The notes below the pieces were generated by a model. It ran no database searches. It was not told where the DNA came from and was given only the letters and a program-made list of their open reading frames with translations. DNA of 64,000 bases. Origin: Haliotis rubra. Lineage: Eukaryota. This document shows positions 12,489 through 25,950 of this stretch, piece after piece; positions within the stretch are counted from its first letter, which is position 1; every line of letters starts with the position of its first letter. Both the position numbers and the translations under genes were made by a program. The DNA is taken from NCBI RefSeq assembly GCF_003918875.1, contig NW_025767121.1:372001-436000 (forward strand), given 5' to 3'.

Positions 12489-12914
12489 ATTCAGTAAGTG
12501 TCCTGAGTAAGGGTTTCTGTAACAACTCATGATCACATTGCTTTAAGTGTTGACAATCTATCATAAATTGAAGTGAGACACGGATTAATATTACCTTGAC
12601 CTCTTCCAACGCCAGGATTGTATTCCTCCAAAGTCTGAAACAATGTATAATCGATAATAACACCCCCACCCCCCTAATCGAATACAATTCCTAAAGTATG
12701 CTATTAACAAACCGGAAACACACACACAGGGTTAATAATTTGCATCCTTACATAAACTATTGATTGACTCTAATGACACCTGCTTTTGAAGTCATAATAA
12801 GGTGTTGCATTGACGCACGTGTTTTCTACCAATACTAGACTAGTTGTCATAACAACGTTTTCCTAATGATACTGAAAGGTTGCTATGACATAAGTATGTA
12901 CCGTTTTTGAACAT

Positions 12915-13155
12915 ATGAAGATCAGGCTGGAATTCGTTTAGAATTGATCCTCAGTAACCCATGCTTGTCGTAAGAAGCGACTAACGGGACCGGGCGGTCA
13001 GGCGCTCTGACTTGGTTGACACATGTCATCGGTTCCCAATTGAGCAGATCGATGCTCATGTTGTTGATCATTGGATTGTCTGGTTCAGACGCCATTATTT
13101 ACTGACCACCGTTGTATAGCTGGAATACAGCTGAGTGCTCCAATAAACAAACAAA
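12915..13155 (+). mobile_element. V-domain SINE (family B)
   Basis: Aligns to 12243-12488 and has a (aaac)n tail. Confidence 0.88.
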
Positions 13156-14817
13156 TCCTTGGAAGCGAGCATCCTAATATTTAACTATGGTTGTACTTCA
13201 AGGAAAGGAAACACAGGAAGGAGAGCCATGTTACCAAAGCTTCCCACCCAAGGAAACGATATGAAAGTGCTTTAGATGGTGTGTTTACTCCGCTATTAGT
13301 ATTCATAGGGAGACAGATTAAATTTGTTTCAAATGTTGTACCCATTCTTGGGAATTGTGCCGGGGCCACCAGCGTTACAAGCGAACGCTTTCCTCCCCCA
13401 ATGTATGCTTAGGATTCGAATGCACCATCAGTTGATAAAGGTGTAAACATCTCATGGAATCTATACGTGTGTTACATGCGAACGTTCCAATACACAGAAC
13501 AAGCAACTTTCTTCAGTCGAATGAAGTATATACCCTTTACGGTGTTTGAGGTCCAGAAGAAAGGATGGCATATATTGACACTACACCTATTCACAGTTCA
13601 ACAACGTTTGCATTCTTGCACATAAAAGCGACAAAACCCTTCGAGTTTTGAGAATCCACATGGTATTAATTCCACTTGTCACAAATACTTTCTGTGGATG
13701 AAAGGAAAACCTTTCTTGATTGTTTAAGGATTATGGTTAATCTTTGCGACAGGGCTTTGGTGTTGCATTTACAGAACCAAGGAGTATATCTCTCTTTGTA
13801 TGGATTTTATGGTGCTTTGAAATCCAGGACAAAAGAGGAATGGATATCTCTGACAGGTTATTGTTTCAAGCCGAACGTCAATAGAACTGATGCACGTTTT
13901 GACAGACTGTTATGTTAATATTCTGATGAGCAATGTTAATGATCAGTTTATTAAATGTTGGTAATCTGCTGAGTCTGCATTTTAGCTTGAATCAAAGCCA
14001 GGAAACGGACAGTTTCACCCTTTCATCCCGAAAAGTCAAGAAATGTAGGTTTTTAATGAAGGTTCATAGGCGAACGTTTAAATATAGAACAAATGTGCTA
14101 AAGAATACCAAGACTTTATTCTCCTCCGGAAAATATTCCGTTACCTGCCGCCATTGACATGAAAACATGTCATAGAATGGAATAAAACTATGCAGTGTCT
14201 GTAATCTGTGTGTGGGTATGTGTGTCTCATCGGCAGTATTTTATCGTGACTAAATCCTGTTATACATTCATGAAACATAAACGTAGATTATTAAAATAAC
14301 TGTTGACGAAAGACAGTAAAACAACTAGAATATCACATATGTAAATCAGGCATGTAAATCTACACCTATAGAAAATGCAATATACAACAGGCTATAGATC
14401 AACAACTACTGAGGGTAGATCACCATACTAAGGATCGCTGGCGATAATGCTTTTTATCTTAAAGAAAATTTAAAAAAATTTTTTTAACAATTCAATTTCT
14501 TTTAAAAAATCAGCAATTAAATACCGACTATCATGAGTTGAAGGGCATTTACTTACTGCTATGGATAGTAACATAAATTGTGCTCAACAGCAGATATTTC
14601 TCAGTCTTCAATATCTCAGCACATTCGAAAGATTTTAAAATGTATTTAAAAAACAACAACTGTGTATGGATTCAAAGAATAAAATGGTAGCAATATAGGG
14701 AATAAAAACATGATGGTGGGGCTGGATGCATTTCTTTCTGTCTCTGCCCTGCTTGTGGTTTTGGATCCATCTAAAGTACAACGTAGAAAATGTACAGCAC
14801 GTCATGCAATATTCTTG

Positions 14818-14966
14818 GAGTGAGAGTGAGTGAGTGAGTTGGGTTTTACGCTGCTTTTAGCAATATTCCTTCAATATCAAGACGTGGGACACCAGAAATG
14901 GTTTCACACATTGTTCCCCGGCGTGGCGAGCGAACGCTTTAACCTCTAGGCTACAAAACCGTCCCT
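14818..14966 (-). mobile_element. SINE family A, internally deleted
   Basis: (gagt)n followed by the reverse complement of family A. Confidence 0.85.
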
Positions 14967-14989
14967 AAAAATAATTCTTAAAATGGGCG

Positions 14990-15390
14990 TATATACAGCC
15001 TTAAATGTATCAAGGGCAAAAGACTCGACCTTGTCCTTATTGGTAAATGCAATAAAATTATATTATCATATCAAGATTCTGATAAGTGGATTTTGCAGAC
15101 GAAATGTCACGCTTGCGTCTGACGAACCAAGATGTCCGACTCCACATTGTTCTTGGCGCCATGGGTTTGTTAACTCCCAATCTCTTAAGTGACGTTGGGA
15201 GATTACCTTGGTTTGGCGCCAGGAACTCAGCCCATCAAACACTCTGGATAATACAGAAGGCTCCAAAACGTTCTCGTGGGTTCGACCGGGCAGCGCTTCC
15301 GGAGAAGCCGTATTCGCTGTCTGGGCTGCGTGTAGAGGGGATACGATACCTGAGCTGATGAGCCTAACAAAACTGACTCTGCCAGGATGA
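14990..15390 (+). pseudogene. 3' fragment of an REL-endonuclease LINE (R2 group, HERO/NeSL-like)
   Basis: Frameshifted translation KCIKGKRLDLVLIGKCNKII ... VDFADEMSRL...IVLGAMGLLTPNL...IIQKA resembles the RPD-type motif, the IVIGALG motif and the IQKA end of restriction-like endonuclease domains. Confidence 0.55.
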
Positions 15391-15594
15391 CCCGAACAAT
15401 ATAAATTTGATAATGACAGACCTCCTTGGATGGCTCTGAAGAGGAAAGAAAGTTTTTCCAAGAGGTAGTTGCTCGATACTTAATAGGTTTTTGGTGTTCA
15501 TGGAACAGGATTATACCTAAAAGTAGAAGTGATACACCCAGGTCTTAACCATACGAAATATCTGCTATACAAGGATTCCACTGTACGATTTCCC

Positions 15595-16030
15595 CTTAAC
15601 AAGACAAATTTTATGGATAACAACTTTTTATTTTATATAGAACAATATTTATGGATAACAAGTTCTTTATTTTATACAGAACAAACTTTATGGATAACAA
15701 CTTCTTTTATTTTATACAGAACAAACTTTATGGATAACAACTTCTTTATTTCGCAAGTGCGACGTTTCGATACAGATTTTTGTACCGTTGCTATCCATAA
15801 AGTTTGTTTATATTGTTCGTCTCAATTTCTAAAATGCCACTCAAACAAGGTAACTTCTTTATTTGTGTCTCAAGACGTTTCTGGGCTAGTTCTTGCCCTT
15901 TCTCCATTTATCTACCCGAAGAAGGAACAAGAACTAGCATAGAAACGTCGTGAGAATTAATTTAAGAAGTTATTATTCATACTATTTGTCTTGTATTACT
16001 ACACCAACTTCTAAATGCCTTTGAAGAATT
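15595..16030. mobile_element. Cluster of Penelope-like pLTR remnants in inverted orientation, with a 40-bp tandem repeat
   Basis: Three gaaacgtc...aagaagtt modules (two minus, one plus) match the architecture of 45713-45830. About 4 copies of acagaacaaactttatggataacaacttct lie at 15600-15750. Confidence 0.6.
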
Positions 16031-16677
16031 ACTATCAAATAGTAATGATACCGGGGGTTCCTGGAGGTAAGTGTATCCTGCTGCTCTTGTGGCACTCTTC
16101 ACAAACATCAAACAATTTCGTGGCAGTGGTTTATTTGCTACATGTCAAAGTAGGCCATACAGAACTATTTTAGTCACAACAAAATGTGTTTGTTTATTCA
16201 CGTCTTTTTCGTTTCATTTTCATCGAACACAGAAGGGAGAATATCACAAAGACGCTCACTAAATTTAAAAACATCAAAATATAAACCTATTTTTCTCCTG
16301 AACAAAATGTGTTTGTTTACTCGCTCTTTTCGTTGTGAACACCAAATATCAACAAGCTGATTTCATTTTTATCGAACACAGACGGGAACATAAAACAAAG
16401 GATATCCCTAAATTTGATAAGAGAAAAACACAAAAAATATTAAACATAATATTCACCCAAACAAAATGTGTTTGTTTACTCACTTTTTTCGTTTGAACAC
16501 AAAATATCACCAAACTAATTATATTTGGTGTATATAATAATTAATCATATAATAGAAGGTAGCGTTCAAGATTACTGCATTTACAAAGCTACGAGTATGA
16601 ATGTGTGTGTGTGTGGTTAGGTGTACTGGTGCGGAATAATGCCAGCTTGACAGTGCCAACCCTCCTAGATACCAGTA

Positions 16678-16905
16678 AGTGAGTGAGTTTAGTTTTACGC
16701 CACACCCAGCAATATTCCAGCTATATGGCTGCGGTCTGTAAATGATCGAGTCTGGGCCAGACAATCCAGTGATCAAAACCATGAGCATCGATCTACGCAT
16801 TTGGGATGCGATGGCATGTATCAACCAAGTCAGCGAGTTTGACCATCTGATCCCGATAGTCGCCTCTTACGACAAGCATGGCTTCTAACCCTGATCTTCA
16901 CGGGT
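16678..16905 (-). mobile_element. V-domain SINE (family B) nested in an older Meta-type SINE (about 16620-17030)
   Basis: Reverse complement of family B, flanked by agatacc on both sides. Confidence 0.88.
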
Positions 16906-17334
16906 TCCGAGATACCGAGACACTCAGACTGACTCCGACCCGAACAGTCACTGTTTTATACCTTTAATGCCTAGCGCCAGGCAGGATAACACCAAATACA
17001 ATCTTTAAACGGCTTTGGATATGGCGCGACCTTCCCGTAGGCGGCCTTCTCAGCGTATTACAAAAACAACGGTGTATGGAATAGATTGTAGGAAAAGAAA
17101 ACATTGGATATGTATCAGCTTCGTCTGAGTGACAAGTTATTTATTCAGCTCTGGTACAAGTAGTCTGCAGATGGAATTCTATTAACGCATGTGTCTATTG
17201 GTGTTTAAGTATACATTGATATTCGTAATTTTTAACACAGCCAACTGCGTTTCAATTATTACATCAGACATTGGATGCAGTCGGACCAGAAGGCTTGCTG
17301 TCATTACAAAAGTAAAATAGGGTTACTTTGGACA

Positions 17335-17585
17335 GATTGGTTGGCTGGTTTGTTGTTTAACGCCGCACTCAGCAATAGTCCAGCTATATGGCGTCCGTCT
17401 GTAAATAATCGAGTCTGGGCAAGACAATCCAGTGATCAATAGCATGAGCATCGATCTGCACAATTGGGAACCGATGACATGTGTCAACCAAGTCAGCGAG
17501 CCTGACCACCCGATCCCGTTAGTCACCTCTTACGACAAGCATGGGTTACTGAAGATCAATATTCTGACCCAGACCTTCACGGGTC
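17335..17585 (-). mobile_element. V-domain SINE (family B)
   Basis: Full reverse-complement match to family B. Confidence 0.9.
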
Positions 17586-20500
17586 GCTGATTCAACGATC
17601 TCCGCATCTATTAGTTTTTAGAGGAACACGCTGCTTATCAAATCACGAACGGTTGGTCATATAAAATGATGACGACACGTAGAAGAAATAATTTCAGAGA
17701 TGCCTGGATGTGATAATTCCTCATCTCATCTAAATACATCAAATACAGCGAACTTTTGAAAAGAATAAGTTGATCCTTTGCTGAAAAGGTTGATCCTGCG
17801 TTTCACAAGCACACTGTAATTATGCTTACATAGTCATTCTACAAAAGCATTATTCTGGGTAGTTTTGGACATAATGTTTTGAAATTTATACTTTCACTTT
17901 TTTCATAAACGGTTAGTCTCTGTGGTAACTCTGGCTTAAACGTCACCAATGAAGTCTAAAAGTCTGGAAAGCCTAAACCAACACATGGCATGAAAAGGCC
18001 AAAGTCGAAATCAAGTTCTGAACCTCAAACAATCATTTCAGAGCACATTTTATGTTACCCTTTTCTTTGAGGCTAATGCAAGTTAGCAACTTAGTTCTGT
18101 TTTTCCTTGCTTTTACTGACTTTATTTTAATTGGGAACCTTTGTGTGCCAAGAACGGAGTGTCGATGGATGAAATCGATCTCACACTAATCCAGTATTCT
18201 TACGTTGCAGACAGAAGAATGTACAGGCACAAAGTAAGCACGTCGTCTTCGACTCCTATATCAATCCTGGTGTTTTGTTTCGTCTTAATACCAAACAGAT
18301 AGATCATGCTATAGGAGAGTATCTATATATGTCACTCAAATGTTATTTCTAGTCACAGGCCACACAAGAGCCCCACTATCTTGTTGTAATGGCGTGAGGC
18401 TGAATTGACAAAATGCTTTTAGTTGCTGACAGATGGGTCTACCACCGTGACGGAGTTGTAGAACGATGGGGACATCGCTCCTGGCTTTTGTCCCCTCCTT
18501 ATATAGTCAGACCTCCTCACTTTGGTTTTTAAAAAAACGTTCGGATATGAAACGTTCGTACTGCTGAACCCTCCTAATATATGATAAGCTTCGTTTAGAA
18601 GTGCATATATATGGTTACTATAGCAATCGTGTCTACTTGTATCCCATTATTCAGTCTTCACGTGAAATGTGAATAAGACTACTTGATATTCATAGCTTCA
18701 GGCAATGTATATATGACCTTCATCATCATCATGATTACCATGTGTTTGTTCTTGAACTTTGATAGTTTGACGCATTATTTTCAATATTATTTCTTTATTA
18801 CCTGGACTTTATTAACTGACCCATTCACACAAGGGACAGTGTGCCACTGTACACCTCCTTGCGGTTGTGTAACTAGGCTGTTTATGACTGTAATCAGTGT
18901 ATTTATGACTGTAAAGCGTTTTAGGTTGATTCGTTTCTCGGAGGTTTTTTCCAGTTTGAGACACTTTCAACTTCAATATGAATGAATTTGGTTTTCTTGT
19001 AGTCCTTCCTTTGTTCGTTCCTTCATTCGTTTATTCGTTCATTAATTCATTATCCTCACAAAAAGCTCAGAGTTGGCGTTTGAATTTTGTGTTCAATGGA
19101 GTAAGAGGATTGTCACCCTTGATTTCCTCACACTCATATTCTGACCATTTCTGGTGTTCCCTGCCATAGAATGGCTTGAATATTGCTAAATGCGAGGGTA
19201 AAAATATACTCATACTCAAGTCATAACCATCAACGCTTTAATTGAATCCGTACCTGTTGGGACAAGAAATGGTCCCCAGCACCTCATGCTGGTTGTAAGA
19301 GACCAAACAGGTGGGATGGCCACTCTCCTTGTCTTGGCTGAGGTGTGTCATCATACCTCGATGGCGTGGATCACCAATGGCAATACTCCCACATCTTGTT
19401 GGTCAAAACACCAATTAGTAGGTTTAGCATTATAAAGCATACTACATATCTCAGTGCCACATTTAAAGAAATGGTGGCCTGTAAGTAAGTTTCTGTAGAG
19501 CCATCGCTATAAAACATCCCCTCTTTGAGTATGTACAGAACAAAAACACATATCTTAGTCAGTGGATGTATCTCTTGTTATTCATCACATGATTGTCTGG
19601 CCCAGACTGATCATGTTGACACCTTTGTTTCCATCGTTATTGAACAATATATGATTTAATGTTCCGACATTTTGTTGATCGAAATTCCAATTAGCAGGTT
19701 TAGTATTATACAACATACTACACAAGTGTTGCCACATTTGTAGAACAGGAGACCTACAAGAAAGTGTCTGTAGAGCAACCGCTATAAAACAACCCCTCTT
19801 TGAGTACCCAATATGTACAGAACAAAAAGACATATCTAAATCTGTTTCTGCTTAATAGAACAGAAGACCTTTTCCAATGGACGTGCCACGTTGCAGAAAG
19901 GACATTTCCTTGACTGACAGGAGGCCGAAATGTCACACAGAATACCATTCGAAATGTCAAAGAGCCTATTGTTCCAATACGGAAATTCCAGCACAGGAAG
20001 GAAACGAGCTTCAGTGTGTGGGAGAGTGTCAAGATGAGAGTTTTCACAATCTGGTCGCCATGATTACAAAGGACTATTTCAACGTTAGTGTTTTTCTTTC
20101 GTACAATGAGCGTTTAAAATCGGAACCGTTTCTAGAGTGTTGTTTTTCAATCTGCGTTAGGACAGCATGCATAGATAGGGCTCTCGTTTACCGGCAGAAA
20201 GTGCACATTCAGTATCAGTAGATTCAGTGGAGATCGATTCACCAGGCTGAAATACAAACAGACGTTCTTTTAGTAAATGAACATTTAATGAGGGCATAAT
20301 CTGTGAATAATGCTTCCATATTTAAGAAAGATGGAAACTTAAAGTTATAAAGAGACACTTTTCTAATGCAACTGAGGACGCAATATCCTTGACGTTTAAC
20401 CTTAAAGATCAGCAGGTATAGAGGCGGTTGAATTTGTTTTTAGCGCATTGAAAATAAAGAGAACATAACATTTTCTCTTAATCGTGATTTCGAGTGGGGG

Positions 20501-21143
20501 GGGTCATTGGTTTAAGCTATTTTATATATTATTATTTCTGACAGTATCTGACACCTTATCATTGATAAAACCAGCAGGTAAGATGTTATCGGCATCCTTC
20601 AAATCCCCCTCCATACGCCAATCTTTGATAAAAATTATTCGTTTCAGCGGTTTTGTGACAGTGTGTGCTTTAAAAGATAAATCGTTATTGACATTCTTTA
20701 AATAGGTTCCCTTTTAATCCGTCAGGCAAACAGAAAATTCACTACCATTTGGAAATCCTAGACGCCGTTTGTTGACAGAAGACATATTATGCCATATATT
20801 GCAACATCCGTTGCATCAATAATTCACATCATCGACATACCTTCTATTCCACACTGATTAATTTCTGAAAACTGGAATTATACAAATAGCTCATTTATCT
20901 AGATACATTACGCGTCCGCCATTGTTCTGGGTTTAGAAGCACAAATTTCAGGGAAGTATAGTCTTGAATTTTAACGCAGCTTAACAATAATATTTCATTT
21001 ATATCGATTAAGTCTGAAATTGGACTCAAACAAGATAAGCATCTCTGACATTGTCACTGATCGTAAGGCCGTTTTGGTATGAGCACTGTATGAACAATCG
21101 TAAATAGGCAGTTTATGTTTAAGGCCGCACTCACCACAACTAC

Positions 21144-21304
21144 AGTGAGTTTTTTGGTTTTACGCCGCTTTTAGCAATATTCCAGCAATATCACGGCGGG
21201 GGACACCAGAAATGGGTTCACACATTGTGCCCATGTGGGGATTCGAACCCGGGTCTTCGGCACGACGAGCCAACGCTTTAACCACTAGGCTACCCCACCG
21301 CCCC
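21144..21304 (-). mobile_element. SINE family A
   Basis: Full length, with flanks caccacaactaca / caccacatctaca. Confidence 0.92.
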
Positions 21305-22720
21305 ACACCACATCTACAACGATATTACTGAACAGCCTCTGTAAATAATTGGGTGTGAACCAAACAGCTAAGTGATGGCATCGTTCTTATCAATGAACGC
21401 AATTATTATTCAAAAGTCTGCCTAACTCAATCCGTTTTCACTTTTTACGGGTTTTTTCTGTTTTGGTCGGAAGTTAAATTGCTTGCACGGGTTTCATGAC
21501 TCTGGTTGTAACGCACTCATAGTAATATCTTTATTTTAGATGCTAGAAGCGGGAGCATTTGACTGAACCATTGACACCTCGACGATTTAAACACCTTATC
21601 TGTGAGGTGTTAAGGTCAATGCGTTTGATAGATAGAGCGCGTATTTAAATAAATTGCATAGTGGCAAAAAGATGTGTTAAGAAATAAATAATGTATGTAG
21701 CAAATGGACTTCAAAAAGACATGTGTTGGGATGGAGGTGTTTGTTACGTGGTTGAAGGGGTTTAAGTGGTCGCTTGTCACCCAAGTACGACTAGATACAA
21801 TTTGTGACCGTCTAGGCACTGTTGCAACATTGTGCGCCGTAAACTTCTATTCACTCCTTTATCGTCGTTTTTGTATAACATCCGGCATTTGTTACAGTAA
21901 AAGAATAGATCACTTGCGTTTATGAATTAGAGATGACTGTTGAAAGGGTTATGTCATTTTATCCATTGAATAGCTTATATTAAATATATAGATAAAGATA
22001 GATTCGATAGGTTTCAACCATGCGTGTATCCTCTCATGATCACATGCATACCAACTGTACATTTGCTGCAGATTAAAACTGACGATTCATAATGATTTTG
22101 GTTGAATGAGTTTTTATTTTGAATTTACAGCAAGGAAACTGAGAACAAATGAAATTCACATGGGCTGATTAAATCAAATTTGTTGGTATTTTTAAGTGAT
22201 GTCAATAAAGTTTTCAAGATGATTTCACTTACATACCATGGCTGCTGGTGCTAGCACACTGGGATACCATGCCGCAGTTCAATGTTTATACACACCTCAG
22301 ACACATTATACTGTCGAAATGGTTATGTCATTTTATCCACTTAAATAGCTTATATTTTCCAATTAAATATATAATAAAGATAGATTCGATAGGTTTCAAC
22401 CATATGAATCCTATCAATGTATGCTGACATCTATCTATAATGGTAGTACAACACTAGTCTTTTTCACTCTTCGGAATGATAAATGTTTCAGGAGCGTGTC
22501 ACAGACAGAATTAAATTTGTCTTGTACCAAAGAGTACAAGAGTCCTAGTTTTACTATTGTCATCAAGAGTACCTTCTGATATCCGAACATGTCAGTTAAT
22601 CCGGGTCTCGTGTCCTGCTGTTACTCAAGTGTCCTATTTTCAGGTTTTATTAATTAATACTTTATGCGAATACTGGGACAGAACCCGACGGCTAAGAACA
22701 GCTCCATGATCAGTCACCTA

Positions 22721-23226
22721 CACCCATCTTCCTATAATGTCAGACATGTTGGACAATACATGGGTAACAGGATCCATGTTGGCAATACATGGGTAACAGA
22801 ATCACCCATCTTCCTATAATGTCAGACATGTTGGCAATACATGGGTAACAGAATCACCCATCTTCCTATAATGTCAGACATGTTGGCAATACATGGGTAA
22901 CAGAATCACCCATCTTCCTATAATGTCAGACATGTTGGCGATACATGGGTAACAGAATCATAATGATGACAAGATTACATACCTTCGTTAACAACACATC
23001 ATTTGCACATTTTGGACACACCCATCTTCCTATAATGTCAGACATGTTGGCGATACATGGGTAACAGAATCACCCATCTTCCTATAATGTCAGACACGTT
23101 GGCGATACATGGGTAACAGAATCACCCATCTTCCTATAATGTCAGACATGTTGGCGATACATGGGTAACAGAATCACCCATCTTCCTATAATGTCAGACA
23201 TGTTGGCAATACATGGGTAACAGAAT
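22721..23226. repeat. 52-bp minisatellite, about 8 copies in two blocks
   Basis: Unit cacccatcttcctataatgtcagacatgttggcaatacatgggtaacagaat. The paralog at about 35250-35300 has a single copy. Confidence 0.93.
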
Positions 23227-25547
23227 CCTACATAATGATGACAAGATTGGACTCAGCCCAGGCCCGTTCACATACCTTCGTTAACAACATATCATTTGCA
23301 TTTCATTTGGACACAGTAGGGTGGAGATAATATTCTCAGCTTTTGGTTTTAAGTTCAGGGATGGTAGATGTACACAAATCTACGTAACTGTATAATAATC
23401 TGAAAATGTTTATGACCTTTGTTGTAACATAATAATGTTAATAATATCATTTCACCAGTGATTACTAAATGTATTGGAAGGACAATTTTCCTCTATATTT
23501 TATTACCAAATAGAGCCCGTCACAGTCGGATAGAGATACGTTTCTCAGCTTTAGTTTTCATTTCAGGGATGATAGATCTACACAGATCTACGTCACTTTA
23601 TAAAAATATGAAACTATTTATGATTTTTTGTACCAATAATGTTATCTCTTTCAACACTGATGATTAAATTAATGGAAGGACAATTGCCCAAATTATTTTG
23701 TTACCAAATAGTCCGTCACAAGGCAAATGAGGGAAAGATGTATTACAGACAGATGAAAGATTCTACCAAAGTGAAGACTTGAACTCACAACAAAGACAAA
23801 GTAAACAAACCATTCCATTTTAAAAAAGTTTTATCAAAATACTTTTCTCTGTTCTGACAGAAACATCTTTTAGATAATGGAAATAGCTTTGTCGTTTCTA
23901 TTGACCAAGAACCATCACTCCTGTATACCTTTACACATGCCAACTGATTAATGTACATTCAAATTTGATTGCCGTGTGATATATTTGTGACATCTTCCTT
24001 ACTCAGACAACCAGATGCCACAACAGAGCTGCTTGGGCAGGTATGATCTTAATAACAAGTGACATTTAAATGCCAGTGATTTCACAAGGTTATAATTCTA
24101 TAAACTTTCAGCAATGCAGAAATAATTGATTAAGCAATTGTGTCATACATTGACTCCTACATATACATACATGTTCTTTACCAAGGTCAATAATTCCTAA
24201 AGAGGAATGTAAATCAAGTAACGTCGACACAACCCTTTCGATAATCATAAGAAATATCTCCTATACGTAGATTCCATTGTTGGATATAGACTGTATCATG
24301 AGCACGTGCTTATGCGTCAGAATCAGATAGTCATAATACCAGTATCTCGATAAGGTGAATGTATCCAGGTATGAATATATGCATACCAATTGCAGATCAA
24401 AACAGGCAAACCATCATTATTTGGTGAAAAGAGTTTTTATATTAAATACACAACAAGGAAGCAAAGAACATATAAAAACACATAAGATAATTAAATAACA
24501 TTTGGGTCTTTTAAAATGATGTGAATATAGCTAAACGTTGCTTTTTAGATTATTTCATTTACATACCATGCTCATGCGCGTTCGTATGTCTGCTAGTGAT
24601 AGCCCACTGTAATAACATGCCACAATTCAATATGGATACCCGACTCCCAGCCGACCAGCCACTGTTTTATTTCGTTTATGTCGAAACACCTGAGGCATAA
24701 CAGCAAATGCAATCTTTTAATGACTGTGTGTTCAAACCACCGACCTATACGCAGATGCCATTGAAGTATATAGACTAAAACATGAGGACGTGTTTATGCG
24801 TTACCATCAGATAGTCATGACACCAGGTGTTCCAAAAGGTGAGCGAATCCTCTCATGATCATATCCATACCAACTGTACATTTGCTGCAGATCAAAACTG
24901 GCGATTCATAATGATTTTGGTTGAATGGGTTAAACTTTTCATTTTAAATTTTCAGCAAGGAAACTAAGAACAAATGAAATGCACATAAGCTGATTCAATA
25001 AAATTTGTTGGTATTTTAAGTGATTTCACTTACATACCATGGCTGCTGGTGATAGCACACTGGGATACCATGCCGCAGTTCAATACCCAACTCAGACACA
25101 TTATACTGACTCCCAGACGACCAGTCATTGTTTTATATCTTTAGTGCCGTACACACACAACTGTAAATGACACAGAAAATGGGTTGGAACAGGAAACCTT
25201 CCATGCGTTTTCCTCAGTTTGAGTGACAAGTTATTTATCCAGCTCTCCTACAAGTTGTCTGCAGAAGGAATTCTATTAACGCATGTGCCTATTGGTGTTT
25301 ATGTCCATGGCTATTCACACAACCAACTGCGTTTCAATTATTACACCAGACATTGGATGTTGTCGGACCAGTAGGCGTACTATGCTTACAAAGTGGTAGT
25401 GAGTGAGTTTAGTTTTACGCCGAACTCAACAATATTCCAGCTATATGGCGGTCTTACAAAGTAAATAGGGTTACTTTGGACAGAGTGAATCGTGGGGGGT
25501 TAATAGTAGTATCTGTATTATCATCGTTTATCTTTAAATAACATATT

Positions 25548-25950
25548 GGCGGTGTGTGGTCCTGTGCGTAGAGCTCAGGTCACAATCAGTTGATGTTAAG
25601 CAACGTTGGTCGCGGAGAATCCTTGGATGGGTTACTGTGTTTGGCAGCTTGACTCCTGAGAGTTTCTAGGACTTCAGTCCTGCCCCACAACGAAGCGCAT
25701 GTGACGCATGTGGTCTCACCTTAGGCAAGTGAGTTTGTTCAAAATTGCCTCTGTCCACCCAGCAGTAAAATTGGGTACCTGGTATGATACGATGGTAGTC
25801 TGAATTTGAACCTTGAGCGCCTGACAGGCGACCGGCTGTATTCTCCACAGGGAGTGTTCTGTACTCGTTGACCAGGGGTAATATGTCAGCGCTTTAAACA
25901 TGCAATGTGCATGGATAAACGAGCAATATAAATGGACTATTATTATTATA
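25548..25950 (+). mobile_element. 5S rRNA-derived SINE with Deu/Nin-like domain (family C)
   Basis: gttaagcaacgttggtcgcgg..ccttggatgggt matches the 5S internal control region. Followed by ctctgtccacccagcagtaaaattgggtacc and an L2-type tail with (att)n. Confidence 0.8.

Noticed and set aside
15352-15385. Hammerhead motif at ctgatgagcc
   Set aside because: No closing stem II or GAAA follows.
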